The notes: a model not told the origin generated them from the sequence alone. A stretch of DNA of 37,787 bases from Ignavibacteriaceae bacterium (GCA_031292465.1 JARLHB010000258.1:1-37787), one strand, 5' to 3'. Shown: positions 25,167 to 35,232, counted from the stretch's first letter. Program-made: numbers and translations.

Positions 25167-28100
25167 TTGTATTTATCGAAACTTGAAATATTAGGGTTTA
25201 AGTCTTTTGCTTTAAAAACAGAAGTAAACTTTAATCCTGGTGTAACCTCTATCGTGGGGCCAAACGGCTGTGGCAAAACGAATATTGTGGATGCAATACG
25301 CTGGAGCCTTGGCGAGCAGAAGAGCAGCACTTTAAGAAGCGATAAAATGGAGAACGTCATTTTTAACGGTACCTCCAGCAGGAAGCCAATGGGAATGGCG
25401 GAAGTTACTCTTACAATACAAAATAACAAGGGAATTTTACCTACCGAGTATGCCGAAGTATCCATAACAAGAAGAATATTCAGATCCGGTGAGAGTGAAT
25501 ATCTTCTTAATAAAAACATCTGCCGTTTAAAAGATATAACAAATCTTTTTATGGATACAGGTATGGGCACCAATGCTTATTCTGTAATAGAGCTTAAGAT
25601 GGTTGAAAACATCCTTAGCAGCAAAGCAGATGAGCGAAGGAATATGTTTGAAGAAGCTGCCGGTGTAAACAAATACAAACTGCGCAGAAGGTTAGCCTTA
25701 AGAAAATTGGATGAAGTAAAATCCGATTTAACCCGCGTAAATGATATTGTAAGCGAAGTTGAGAAGAAGGTTAATTCCCTGGAACGCCAGGCGAAAAGGG
25801 CGGATAAGTACAATAAAATTTCCTCTACGCTGCGGGAACTGGAGCTTGACCTTGCAGAAAGAGAAATGGCTTTATATATAAGCCAAAAAGCCGAAATAAA
25901 AGACAAAAAAGAAATCGATTTTAAACAGAAAATTGAGATTGAATCCGAACTGGCTCAATTGGATGATGAAATAAAGGTAGTTAAATCAAACCTAACTGAA
26001 ATTGAATTCCAGCTAACGGGCAAACGTTCCGAAATAACTTCTCAGACAGAAAAAATTTACAACGTCCAGAAGAATATTTCCGTATCTGAAGAAAGGAAAA
26101 ATTCGCTTGCCAGGAATATCGAACGGTACAAGCAGGAACTTGAAGAACTTAATTATCAGTTAAAAGAAGCCGGTGAATTAATTGATGACAGCAGTGCTGC
26201 CATAGAAGAATTTAAAGAGAAAATTGCGGCAAAAGAAGCGGAAAAACTTGAAGTATCCGCAGCGCTGGTTAAATTCAGGGAAGAATTGGATGAGAAAAGA
26301 AATGCTTTAAAACAGCATTCTGACAATATGATGGAACGGTTCAAAGAGGTAACAAACAAAGAGAATGAACTTTCCAATGTTGAAAAATCCCTTGAAGCAA
26401 AAAACAGCTCAATAAATAAGCTGAATGAAAAAATCTCTACCCTGACAAACAATATTGCTAAAACAGTAGGTTATCTCGAAGAGCTTGAACAGGAAAAGGC
26501 AGAAGCTGAACAAAAACTTGCAGAAGCTGAAGCCATATATTCCCAAAAGCAAAAGGAAAAAGAAAATCTCGAGAAGAAATTAAATTCGCTTAAAGAAAAA
26601 GAGCTTGAATATAAAAGCGTTCTTAACGGGTTAAAAGATAAGATAAGCTTAATACAGAATTTAATAGATAACCTTGAAGGCGTTTCCAAAGGTGCAAAAG
26701 CATTACTTGAAAATAATAATTGGGCAAAAGGCAATAAATCATTATTGGCGCACATAGGCAATTCTTCAGATGATTACCGCTTCGCAATAGAAGCCGCCCT
26801 TAAGAACAATTTGAACGATATCCTCGTCGAAACACTGGAAGACCTTAAAAACGGTATTGAATATCTTAAAAACCACAGTGTTGGTAAAGCTTCATTTTAT
26901 GTATCCGGATTTGATGATAACCGGAAAAAGTCTCTGCTTGAAAAATTACAGGACTGGTCTTTAAATAAAAAAGCGAAGCGCCTTGAAAAAGAAGCTGGGT
27001 TTTTAGGATGGGCTTTGCAATTTATCCAGACGGAAGATAAATGGAAGCCATTTTTCAACAGGCTGCTTGATAAGATAGCCATAGTTGATTCGTTAGATTC
27101 TGCATTCAGTTTGTCTGAAAAATATTCGGGATTTGATTTTGCCACATTGGGCGGTGATTTTATAAGCAAAGCAGGCAGCATAGAAGGCGGTTCAGCACTG
27201 CAGCCGGATGATTCACTTTTCGGCAGGAAACAGTTCCTTGAAAAATTAAAAGCTGAATTTCCGCAAAGAGAAGCGGAACTAAAAAAGCTGCAAAAGGAAA
27301 TTGAGGAAACAGAAAATAAGATAAACGAAATTGATCTTAAGGTCCTTTCTGAACGCGGCAGGCTGATGGTTAACGATCTTGCTAATGTTGAGAAGCAAAT
27401 CGCACAGTTTGAGTTTGAAAAGAAAAAAGCAGATGATGAAATTGATAAAACAAGGCAGGAACTAAATGAGCTTGCCGGCGAATCCAATGCTCTTGATAAT
27501 GAACGTACCCGCCTTGGTTTGCTTCTTGATGACAGCATTGTAGAAAGAAGTGAGGAAGAAGCAAAGCAAAAACGATCAGAAGAAGAGTTTGCTGATTTTG
27601 AAAAAGAATTTAATTCTGTAGTAGCAAAGCAAAATAAAATAAACCTTGAATATGAACGGCTCCTCGGCGAGAAAAAAAATACGGAGAATGCCGTTAAACG
27701 GGCGCAGGAATCAATTGAATCAATTAATAAATCAGTAACCAAAAGGGAATATGATATTTCTTCATCAATCGAAGAGTCTGACTCTCTAGAAAATGTTATT
27801 GATGAAAAGCAGCTGGAACTTGAAGAATTCAACAGCGGTAAAGAAAAGCTTGTCAACGAGGAAAAGGAAATAGATTCCCGGTATAAGGAAGTTCGTAAGC
27901 TTATTTCCGAAAAAGAAGATAAGCAGAATAAAATAAGAAAAGAAAGAGAAATAATTTCCGATAGTATTCATTCCAGTGATTTGAAGCTTAACGAGATCGG
28001 GATGAAGATGGGTACGCTCCAGGATAATATCCAGGAAAATTATTCAATTACTATAGAAACCAAAACTTTTGAAGACCTTGAATCATTTGATTTTAAACAG

Positions 28101-28760
28101 CGCACTGAAGAAGTGCATTCCTTAAAGCAACAAATTAAAAATTTGGGGCCTATAAACCTGCTTGCATACTCAGAGTTTGAAGAAGAAAGGCAGAGATTTG
28201 AATTCCTTTCCAAACAAAGGACGGACCTTCTTGAATCGGAAAAAGACATTGTAAAAACCATTGAAGAAATTAATACGACTGCACAGACTTTATTTACTGA
28301 AACATTTGAAAAGATTCGTACAAATTTTGTAAATATTTTCCATGGGTTATTTAATTCCGGTGATGAAGCAGATCTTCGCCTTGAAGAAAATGTTGATCCG
28401 TTGGAAGGCAAGATAGAAATAATTGCTAAACCTAAGGGTAAACGCCCCACTTCAATTGAACTGCTTTCAGGGGGCGAAAAAACATTAACTGCAATAGCAT
28501 TATTATTTGCTATTTATCTTGTAAAACCAAGTCCGTTTTGTATACTTGATGAAGTTGATGCCCCGCTTGATGATGCAAATGTTGACCGTTATACAAAAAT
28601 TATTCAGGATTTTAGCAAAGATACTCAATTCATTGTGGTTACTCATAATAAAAGAACAATGGAAGCTGCCGAAACGCTTTACGGTGTTACTATGCAGGAA
28701 GAAGGCGTTTCTAAATTAGTAAGTGTAAGATTTAATGAGGATTTAAGTTTTGTATCGTAA
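25167..28760 (+). CDS. smc: Chromosome segregation protein SMC
   Basis: 1197 aa. N-terminal Walker A GPNGCGKTN, long E/K-rich coiled coils, a central hinge, and a C-terminal LSGGEK signature with Walker B ILDEVDAPLD. The start is TTG (25167-25169), and the homologous N-terminus (YLSKLEILGFKSF) begins right there. Confidence 0.95.
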   Translation: MYLSKLEILGFKSFALKTEVNFNPGVTSIVGPNGCGKTNIVDAIRWSLGEQKSSTLRSDKMENVIFNGTSSRKPMGMAEVTLTIQNNKGILPTEYAEVSITRRIFRSGESEYLLNKNICRLKDITNLFMDTGMGTNAYSVIELKMVENILSSKADERRNMFEEAAGVNKYKLRRRLALRKLDEVKSDLTRVNDIVSEVEKKVNSLERQAKRADKYNKISSTLRELELDLAEREMALYISQKAEIKDKKEIDFKQKIEIESELAQLDDEIKVVKSNLTEIEFQLTGKRSEITSQTEKIYNVQKNISVSEERKNSLARNIERYKQELEELNYQLKEAGELIDDSSAAIEEFKEKIAAKEAEKLEVSAALVKFREELDEKRNALKQHSDNMMERFKEVTNKENELSNVEKSLEAKNSSINKLNEKISTLTNNIAKTVGYLEELEQEKAEAEQKLAEAEAIYSQKQKEKENLEKKLNSLKEKELEYKSVLNGLKDKISLIQNLIDNLEGVSKGAKALLENNNWAKGNKSLLAHIGNSSDDYRFAIEAALKNNLNDILVETLEDLKNGIEYLKNHSVGKASFYVSGFDDNRKKSLLEKLQDWSLNKKAKRLEKEAGFLGWALQFIQTEDKWKPFFNRLLDKIAIVDSLDSAFSLSEKYSGFDFATLGGDFISKAGSIEGGSALQPDDSLFGRKQFLEKLKAEFPQREAELKKLQKEIEETENKINEIDLKVLSERGRLMVNDLANVEKQIAQFEFEKKKADDEIDKTRQELNELAGESNALDNERTRLGLLLDDSIVERSEEEAKQKRSEEEFADFEKEFNSVVAKQNKINLEYERLLGEKKNTENAVKRAQESIESINKSVTKREYDISSSIEESDSLENVIDEKQLELEEFNSGKEKLVNEEKEIDSRYKEVRKLISEKEDKQNKIRKEREIISDSIHSSDLKLNEIGMKMGTLQDNIQENYSITIETKTFEDLESFDFKQRTEEVHSLKQQIKNLGPINLLAYSEFEEERQRFEFLSKQRTDLLESEKDIVKTIEEINTTAQTLFTETFEKIRTNFVNIFHGLFNSGDEADLRLEENVDPLEGKIEIIAKPKGKRPTSIELLSGGEKTLTAIALLFAIYLVKPSPFCILDEVDAPLDDANVDRYTKIIQDFSKDTQFIVVTHNKRTMEAAETLYGVTMQEEGVSKLVSVRFNEDLSFVS

Positions 28761-28815
28761 TATAGCAGATTACACTAATATTCTATTTAATGGAAATGAC
28801 AGCAGTTATAATTTT

Positions 28816-30831
28816 ATGATGCCTGCTATTCTGTTCGTTATTTTATTTATGCTGCTCGGTACGGATATCTTTGCCCAATGGATTAATAACCCTACATTAA
28901 ATACCGAATTGGTAACCGAGGCTTCTGATCCTATAAATATTTTGTCCGTAAGGGATTTAAACGGCGGGGCGTTTGTTTTCTGGCAGGATAATAGAAACGG
29001 TTTTCAAAATGAAGTATATTATATCCGCATGGATGCCGGCGGTAAGATTAACCAGTTAACCGGTCAGAATAATTTAAACGCTGTGCAAACAGACTTTAAA
29101 CATGACATAAGAAAAGTAACAAGTATGTCAGGATCGGAAGAAAACCCGGTTTGCTCTTACGATATTTCAAATTCTGCAATTGTAGTTTGGACTGATTACA
29201 CTTATTCCAAAACCGGGTATCTTTTTGCTCAACGCATACTTGGCAATGGCAACCCCGGCTGGACCGACAGGGGCCTGCAAATATCTAGTTCAGATGATGA
29301 AATAAGCGGGTATTCACTGTGCTCGGATAACTCCGGTTCTTCTTATGTGGCGTTTATTTCTAAAGAGTCTGCGATAAATGGAGACTACAAGGTAGAAGTT
29401 CAGAAAATTAGCCTCGACGGCAAAATATTATTTGATCCGAATGCGGTTTTGATATCTAAATCAAGAAACCGGAAAAGCATGACAAGTGTTGTTCCCGATA
29501 ACGAAGGTGGTGTTTATGTTTTTTGGATTGAAACCCAAAACAATAAAAGTATAATTTTAGGGCAGCATATTGATAGTGAAGGTAAAGCCGGATGGGAAAA
29601 CAATAATCAGTCACAACATGACAGAATGCTGGAAATATCAAACCCGTCTCAAAATGTAATGACTTATGCAGCAAAAATAGCAGATGGCAAATCGATTTAT
29701 ATCGCATGGCAAACACAGAAGGGCAGCAAAGATATTTACCATCAACTGATTGATAATAAAGGCAAAATATTATGGGGCCGCGGTGGCAAGCAGATAACTT
29801 CAATAAAAGGTAATCAGTTTAACCCTCAAATTATCTGTGCTGATTCTACAATAATTTTAAGCTGGACCAACGAGCAATCAAATAATTCTGATATTTATAT
29901 CCAAAAATATAATGCTAACGGCAAACCGGTCTGGAATAAAACCGGCGTTCCGGTAATTAAATATAAAGGCGAGCAGTTTGGCCAACGGTTAGTAAGTGAT
30001 GGGAAAGGCGGAGCTATTTTATCATGGATAGATACCAGAAATAGTTCAGCTCTGGCCGATATCTATGCCCAAAGAGTTAATTCCGACGGCGAATTAGTCT
30101 GGGATCCTTTGGGCGTACCTGTGGCAACGAACCATAACACCCCTAAAAGTTACATATCACTTATAGCTGATGATGCAGGCGGTGCCGTGGTTATTTTCAA
30201 GAACAGCAGAAATAGCAAGAATAAAATATATGGCCAGAAAATATTCAGTACCGGCGATTATATTTCGCAGATTGAAGATCTTACTACATCCATAACCGGC
30301 GGCGACAGTGTTAAAATTTCCTGGAACTCAAGAGTCGGACAAAATTCTGTTAAATTCAATGTGGAAAGAGCAGTGCAAACACAGGACGGAAACACTGAAT
30401 GGCATTCCCTGGGTACGGTTAATTCTTTGGATAAAAATAATGTTTTGAATTATGAATACTTTGATATGCCTACAGTAACCGGAACATTGTTCTACAGGAT
30501 TACGCAGACAGATTCTAAGGGGAATGCGCAACGGTCCGATGTAAGCCATATAAATTATTTCAGAGGGTCTTCAGAAATAATAGTTACACAAAATATTCCA
30601 AATCCATTTGTGGATTCAACAGTAATAAGTTTTTATTTGCCAAACCCCGCCATGGTAGAAATTGAATTCTTCAATGACCATGTCGAAAAGATTAGCGAAT
30701 TAGACAAGTCTTTTCCTGCGGGGGAAAGAAGCATTACTTTTTATTCGAAGGGCCTTAAACCGGGTATTTATTTTTACCGGTTAAAAGTTAATGACTTTGT
30801 TGATGTTAAAAAAATGATAATTACGAATTAA
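28816..30831 (+). CDS. Secreted repeat protein with Fn3/Ig-like module and T9SS C-terminal sorting domain
   Basis: A signal peptide is present from the ATG at 28816 (MMPAILFVILFMLLGTDIFAQ). About eight ~50-aa repeats follow. The last ~80 aa (approx 30578-30828, NIPNPFVDSTVISFYLP...GIYFYRLKVNDFVDVKKMIITN) match the Por secretion tail pattern. The track start at 28750 is a TTG overlapping smc. Confidence 0.75.
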   Translation: MMPAILFVILFMLLGTDIFAQWINNPTLNTELVTEASDPINILSVRDLNGGAFVFWQDNRNGFQNEVYYIRMDAGGKINQLTGQNNLNAVQTDFKHDIRKVTSMSGSEENPVCSYDISNSAIVVWTDYTYSKTGYLFAQRILGNGNPGWTDRGLQISSSDDEISGYSLCSDNSGSSYVAFISKESAINGDYKVEVQKISLDGKILFDPNAVLISKSRNRKSMTSVVPDNEGGVYVFWIETQNNKSIILGQHIDSEGKAGWENNNQSQHDRMLEISNPSQNVMTYAAKIADGKSIYIAWQTQKGSKDIYHQLIDNKGKILWGRGGKQITSIKGNQFNPQIICADSTIILSWTNEQSNNSDIYIQKYNANGKPVWNKTGVPVIKYKGEQFGQRLVSDGKGGAILSWIDTRNSSALADIYAQRVNSDGELVWDPLGVPVATNHNTPKSYISLIADDAGGAVVIFKNSRNSKNKIYGQKIFSTGDYISQIEDLTTSITGGDSVKISWNSRVGQNSVKFNVERAVQTQDGNTEWHSLGTVNSLDKNNVLNYEYFDMPTVTGTLFYRITQTDSKGNAQRSDVSHINYFRGSSEIIVTQNIPNPFVDSTVISFYLPNPAMVEIEFFNDHVEKISELDKSFPAGERSITFYSKGLKPGIYFYRLKVNDFVDVKKMIITN

Positions 30832-30848
30832 AAACCTTGCGATATTAG

Positions 30849-30871
30849 CCGGGGTTATAAATTTAACCCGG
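30849..30871 (+). terminator. Hairpin after the T9SS cargo gene
   Basis: CCGGGGTTA pairs with TAACCCGG (8 bp with one bulged G) around a 6-nt loop, 18 nt after the stop. There is no strong T-run. Confidence 0.35.
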
Positions 30872-30895
30872 TGCATAAGCAATAAGCGGGAAAAT

Positions 30896-31615
30896 ATGAG
30901 TTTTGTTTTTAAAGTGTTTGTAGATTTTGACGGAACGATTTCAAAGGTTGATGTCGGCGATTCCATTTTTAGAAAATTTGCAGACAAAGAAAAAGTTGAT
31001 GAGGTAATTACAAGGCTGTTAAATGATGAAATATCGGCAAGACAGTCATGGCTCTCCATGTGTGAAATAGCAGGGAATATAGATAAAAGTGAGCTTGATA
31101 AATTTATTAATGCAATTGAAATAGATCAGACTTTTCATGAACTTGTAAATTATTGTAATACTAATGGTATTGAATTATTTGTCTTAAGCGACGGCTTTGA
31201 TTATTATATTGACAGGATATTAGGCAAAGAAAATATTAACGGGTTAACAGTTTATTCCAACAAATTAACAATAAATGAATCCGGCAAATTGTTGCCTGAA
31301 TTTCCATATCTTGATGAAAGCTGCCCGAGTTCTGCTAATTGTAAAAGGAACCATATTATTACTCATAGCAGCGATGAAGATTATACTGTCTTTATCGGAG
31401 ATGGAAATTCCGATAAATTCGTAGCTGAATATTGTGATTTTATCTTTGCCAAAGATGACCTGCTTAAATATTGTGAACGTGAAAGAATAACATATTTTCC
31501 ATTCAACAATTTTCATGATGTGGTTATAAGAATGGAACAACTTGTATCCAGGAAGAGATTAAAAAAACGCCATCAGGCTGAATTAAAAAGAAGAGCAGTA
31601 TATATGGCGGAATAG
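30896..31615 (+). CDS. HAD-IB family phosphatase, MtnX-like
   Basis: HAD motif I is FVDFDGTIS and motif IV is FIGDGNSDKF. The Cys-rich insert (SCPSSANCKRNH) and the C-terminal FAKDDLLKYC...YFPFNNF parallel B. subtilis MtnX by eye. Confidence 0.7.
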   Translation: MSFVFKVFVDFDGTISKVDVGDSIFRKFADKEKVDEVITRLLNDEISARQSWLSMCEIAGNIDKSELDKFINAIEIDQTFHELVNYCNTNGIELFVLSDGFDYYIDRILGKENINGLTVYSNKLTINESGKLLPEFPYLDESCPSSANCKRNHIITHSSDEDYTVFIGDGNSDKFVAEYCDFIFAKDDLLKYCERERITYFPFNNFHDVVIRMEQLVSRKRLKKRHQAELKRRAVYMAE

Positions 31616-31689
31616 CTTAAGGATGAAGTTTTCAGGATTAAAATTCAATTCCTGCAAACGATTTTTATTAAACAATAGAATGAAAAGAT

Positions 31690-32277
31690 ATGTCAAACAT
31701 TGCAAATAAGTTTTTTAAGTACAGGAGTTATACTCCCATACCGTTCCTCATCCTGATGTTTATATTTGAAAATGCCAATGTATGGAGCCTGATACTGGGT
31801 TTCATAATTGCATTAACAGGCGAGTTTATCAGATTCTGGGGAGTAAGCTGGGCAGGGAGCGAAACGCGCACTACCGGAGGCGTTGGCGGAACATATTTAA
31901 TTATAAGCGGCCCGTTTGCCCATGTACGCAACCCGCTTTATGTGGGAAATATATTAATGTACTCCGGACTCGGGATAATGTCATTTTCAATTTTTCCATA
32001 TCTTCAAATTGCCGCACTGCTTTTCTTCTTTGTACAGTATTACTTTATAATAAAAGAAGAAGAGGGATATTTAAGGAAAACATACGGCGCAAGCTATGAA
32101 GATTACACTAAAAATGTCCCAAGTTTAATACCACGGCTGACAGCCTACAAAGCGGATAATGTTGAACAGCCGCCTTTTGACTGGAAGGACGGCTTAAGAT
32201 CTGAAAGAAGAACTTTACAGGCATTCACTATAGTTACAATTACGATTTTACTAATATGGTTTTGCAGAAGATTTTAA
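31690..32277 (+). CDS. Isoprenylcysteine carboxyl / phospholipid methyltransferase family membrane protein
   Basis: 195 aa with 4-5 TM helices and the family motif GPFAHVRNPLYVGNIL. Confidence 0.7.
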   Translation: MSNIANKFFKYRSYTPIPFLILMFIFENANVWSLILGFIIALTGEFIRFWGVSWAGSETRTTGGVGGTYLIISGPFAHVRNPLYVGNILMYSGLGIMSFSIFPYLQIAALLFFFVQYYFIIKEEEGYLRKTYGASYEDYTKNVPSLIPRLTAYKADNVEQPPFDWKDGLRSERRTLQAFTIVTITILLIWFCRRF

Positions 32278-32299
32278 TTGATTAAAAATAATTAAACAT

Positions 32300-33436
32300 T
32301 TGAATAAAAGATTAATGATCATAGCCGGAGAAGTTTCCGGGGACCTGCATGGGGCCTCTTTAATAACAGAATTAAAGAAGCTTGATGATGCTATTGAAAT
32401 CTATGGCATCGGCGGGGACAAAATGAAAGCTGCCGGGATGAATATTGTTCATCATATAAATCAGATGGCATTTTTAGGCTTTGCAGAGATTATAAAACAT
32501 TTACCTTTTATTAAAAAAGTTCAGAAAGACCTTATAGAGTTAGTTAAAACTAAAGAAATTAAGACAGTTGTATTAATAGATTATCCGGGTTTTAATTTAA
32601 GCGTTGCAAAAAAGTTTAAATCTATGGGCATTAAGATAATCTACTATATTTCACCGCAGATTTGGGCCTGGGGCGCGGGCAGAATGAAAAAGATTAAAAA
32701 GCTTGTTAATAAAATGCTTGTAGTCTTTCCATTTGAAGAAGAGCTTTATAAAAAAGCAGGTGTAAATGTTGAATTTGTAGGCCACCCTCTTCTTGACAGG
32801 ATTAAAGACTATCAGTTCCTGTCTAAAGGCGAGTTGTATAAGAAATTTGCTCTGGATGAAAGTAAGGAAATTCTTCTGATTCTTCCTGGCAGCAGGCTGC
32901 ATGAGGTTGAAAAAATATTTCCTGAATGTATAACTGCCGCAGAAAAAATTGCAAATGAATTTAATCTGCAAATAGTAGCTGCCTGTTCTCCTAATATTGA
33001 AGAGAAATTTTTACAAAAAATTTCCGGTAGTTGTAATTACAAGATTATTAAAGGTTATACTTACGATTTAATGAAATATGCAAAGTTAGGCATAGTAAAA
33101 TCCGGTACATCAACAATGGAGGCCGGATTATTTGGGCTGCCGATGGTGATTGTCTATAAGACAAGTTATTTAACTTATCTAATTGGTAAAAATCTTATAA
33201 AGTTAAATAATATTGGTATGGTAAACATTATTGCCGGCGAAAATATTGCCGTGGAATTAATCCAGGGTATGGCGAACAGCAAATCGATATATGATGAATG
33301 CAAAAAAATATTGTCCGATAGCCGGCTGTTAAATTCAATAAAATTAAAATTAGACGGGCTGAAAAAAAAGCTTGGTACTGAAGGCGCTTCACAAAGAGCA
33401 GCAAAATATATTTACTCGGTTTTGAATGAAGCTTAG
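32300..33436 (+). CDS. lpxB: Lipid-A-disaccharide synthase
   Basis: N-terminal IIAGEVSGDLHGA motif and GT-B-like length (378 aa). The track start is TTG; an alternative ATG lies at 32315. Confidence 0.9.
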   Translation: MNKRLMIIAGEVSGDLHGASLITELKKLDDAIEIYGIGGDKMKAAGMNIVHHINQMAFLGFAEIIKHLPFIKKVQKDLIELVKTKEIKTVVLIDYPGFNLSVAKKFKSMGIKIIYYISPQIWAWGAGRMKKIKKLVNKMLVVFPFEEELYKKAGVNVEFVGHPLLDRIKDYQFLSKGELYKKFALDESKEILLILPGSRLHEVEKIFPECITAAEKIANEFNLQIVAACSPNIEEKFLQKISGSCNYKIIKGYTYDLMKYAKLGIVKSGTSTMEAGLFGLPMVIVYKTSYLTYLIGKNLIKLNNIGMVNIIAGENIAVELIQGMANSKSIYDECKKILSDSRLLNSIKLKLDGLKKKLGTEGASQRAAKYIYSVLNEA

Positions 33437-34091
33437 AAAAATTTGGCAGGACGTTTTAAGGTTCCTTGGGAACTATTTTCTATCGCACGTAGCAAATGTT
33501 CTTTGTAAAACGATTAGAGTTACCTTTGTAAATAAGGGCGCAGTTGATGCCCTTGAATCTGAAGGTAAGAATTATGTACTTGCGTTTTGGCATGGCACAA
33601 TGCTTTTGCCCTGGTATTGTAACCGGGGAAAGAATATAGTAGCCTTAGTCAGCCAGAGTAAAGATGGTGAACTTCTTGCAAGGCTTTTGAAACGCTGGAA
33701 GTATGATGTTGTAAGAGGTTCAAGCACCAGAGGCGGCAATGTAGTATTACGTATGATGATAGACTATGCAAGAAATAAACGTACTATAGCAATTACGCCT
33801 GACGGCCCGAGAGGCCCTATTTATAAAATGAAAGCCGGTGCGGTGGTAACTGCACAAAAGAGCAATGTACCGCTTGTTCTGGCAGGAATCGGTATTCGGA
33901 AGAAGAAAATTTTAAAAAGCTGGGATAAATTTGAAATTCCGGCATTATTTTCAAAAACAAAGGTTGTATATTCAGATCCTATATATTTTAATGGTGAAAT
34001 GAACTACGGTCAAACTTCAGATATGATTGCTTTTTGCGAAAACAAATTGAACGAACTTCAAAAAGAGGCCGGGAGGTTTGAACAAAAATAG
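33426..34091 (+). CDS. DUF374-family (lysophospholipid acyltransferase-like) protein
   Basis: Motifs FWHGTMLL, VSQSKDGELLARLL, VVRGSSTRGG and ITPDGPRGP. It overlaps lpxB by 11 nt and sits between lpxB and lpxK. Confidence 0.75.
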   Translation: MKLRKIWQDVLRFLGNYFLSHVANVLCKTIRVTFVNKGAVDALESEGKNYVLAFWHGTMLLPWYCNRGKNIVALVSQSKDGELLARLLKRWKYDVVRGSSTRGGNVVLRMMIDYARNKRTIAITPDGPRGPIYKMKAGAVVTAQKSNVPLVLAGIGIRKKKILKSWDKFEIPALFSKTKVVYSDPIYFNGEMNYGQTSDMIAFCENKLNELQKEAGRFEQK

Positions 34092-34130
34092 TTTGCAGCA
34101 GGTTTTCTATAAGGTGAAGAAAACGGATTG

Positions 34131-35207
34131 ATGAAAATATTAAGATACATATTATATCCTTTTATGCCGATTTACACGGCAATAGTTTTAATAAGAAATT
34201 GGTTCTTTGACATTGGTATATTCAAATCGGACAAAATAAGTGCAAAAGTAATTTCAGTTGGCAACATTACAGTTGGCGGTTCAGGTAAAACGCCGACGGT
34301 TATTTACTTGTCTAATTTACTGAAAAATGAAGGCCGGAAAGTTGGCGTATTAAGCCGGGGTTATGGAAGGAAGTCTAAGGGATATATTCTTGTTTCTAAA
34401 GGTGAAGAGATTTTAACTTCTGTTGATTTATGCGGAGACGAAATCTATCATACGGCACTTGAATGTAAGATTCCGGCGGCTGTTTCGGAAAACAGAGTTT
34501 TAGGCGCCAAACGGTTAATAGAAGATTCCGGTGTTGACACGATAGTTCTTGATGATGCATTTCAGCACAGATGGATAAGCCGGGATATTAATCTTTTAAT
34601 TTGCGAACAACGTTTTCTTTATGATTCTTCATCTATGAGCCAGTGCCTTTTGCCCACAGGAATAATGAGGGAACCGTTTAGTTCAGTTAAAAGAGCAGAT
34701 GCTGTTATAATTAACAGGAAATTTTCGGAAAAGAAAGAAATTCCTGAACAGTTAAAAAAATATTTTGAGGGCAAGAAAATATTTACAGCTTATTACAAGG
34801 CAGTTGGGTTTGTTGATGTTAAAAAACTGACAAATTACAAGGTTGAAGAATTTGGAGGACAAAAGAGCCTGGTCGTATCTGGAATAGCAAATCCACATTC
34901 GTTTATCAATGCTCTTGAACAAACTAATGTTGATACGCAAAACAGGATAATTTTCAGAGACCATAAAAATTATACTGGAAAAGAAATACAAAGAATACGA
35001 AAAGAATTTTATGAGACAAATTCTCATTCGGTAGTTACTACGGAAAAGGATGCGGTTAAGCTTTCAAAATATTCCAAAGAATTGGATGATATTGACGTCT
35101 TTTTCCTGAAGATTGAATTGGAGCTTGATGAGACAGAAAAATTCAAAGAATATCTAAATAATATGTTAACTAACCATATTAAAAAGGGAGCGGAAACCAG
35201 AAAATAA
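34131..35207 (+). CDS. lpxK: Tetraacyldisaccharide 4'-kinase
   Basis: P-loop VGNITVGGSGKTP, plus SRGYGRK and DDAFQH motifs. The ATG at 34131 follows the TTG at 34128 used by the track. Confidence 0.9.
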   Translation: MKILRYILYPFMPIYTAIVLIRNWFFDIGIFKSDKISAKVISVGNITVGGSGKTPTVIYLSNLLKNEGRKVGVLSRGYGRKSKGYILVSKGEEILTSVDLCGDEIYHTALECKIPAAVSENRVLGAKRLIEDSGVDTIVLDDAFQHRWISRDINLLICEQRFLYDSSSMSQCLLPTGIMREPFSSVKRADAVIINRKFSEKKEIPEQLKKYFEGKKIFTAYYKAVGFVDVKKLTNYKVEEFGGQKSLVVSGIANPHSFINALEQTNVDTQNRIIFRDHKNYTGKEIQRIRKEFYETNSHSVVTTEKDAVKLSKYSKELDDIDVFFLKIELELDETEKFKEYLNNMLTNHIKKGAETRK

Positions 35208-35215
35208 AGTTAGCA

Positions 35216-35232
35216 AAATGTACTGTACATTT
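35216..35232. promoter_or_regulatory. 17-bp perfect palindrome AAATGTAC-T-GTACATTT between lpxK and ppdK
   Basis: Read directly from the sequence. It lies 9 nt after the lpxK stop and 62 nt before the ppdK ATG. It could be an operator or a weak AT-rich terminator stem. Confidence 0.3.

Noticed and set aside
25085-25573. 162-aa minus-strand ORF spanning the GH2-like/smc junction
   Set aside because: It is antisense to the conserved SMC Walker A head region and to the end of the upstream gene. It has no recognisable motifs and is an artefact of AT-rich sequence.
26897-27856. 319-aa Ser/Phe/Cys-rich ORF on the minus strand inside smc, plus similar antisense ORFs at 25577-25906, 26156-26452, 26471-26761, 27382-27564, 27786-27971 and 28040-28450
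   Set aside because: These ORFs are mirror images of the GAA/AAA/AAG-rich coiled-coil codons of smc. They have low-complexity composition and no start context, and they lie wholly within a confidently identified gene.
31782-32099. 105-aa alternative-frame ORF inside the ICMT-family gene, and the minus-strand ORF at 31728-31931
   Set aside because: The main frame carries the family motif and TM helices. The alternative frames have Arg/Cys-rich compositions with no motifs.
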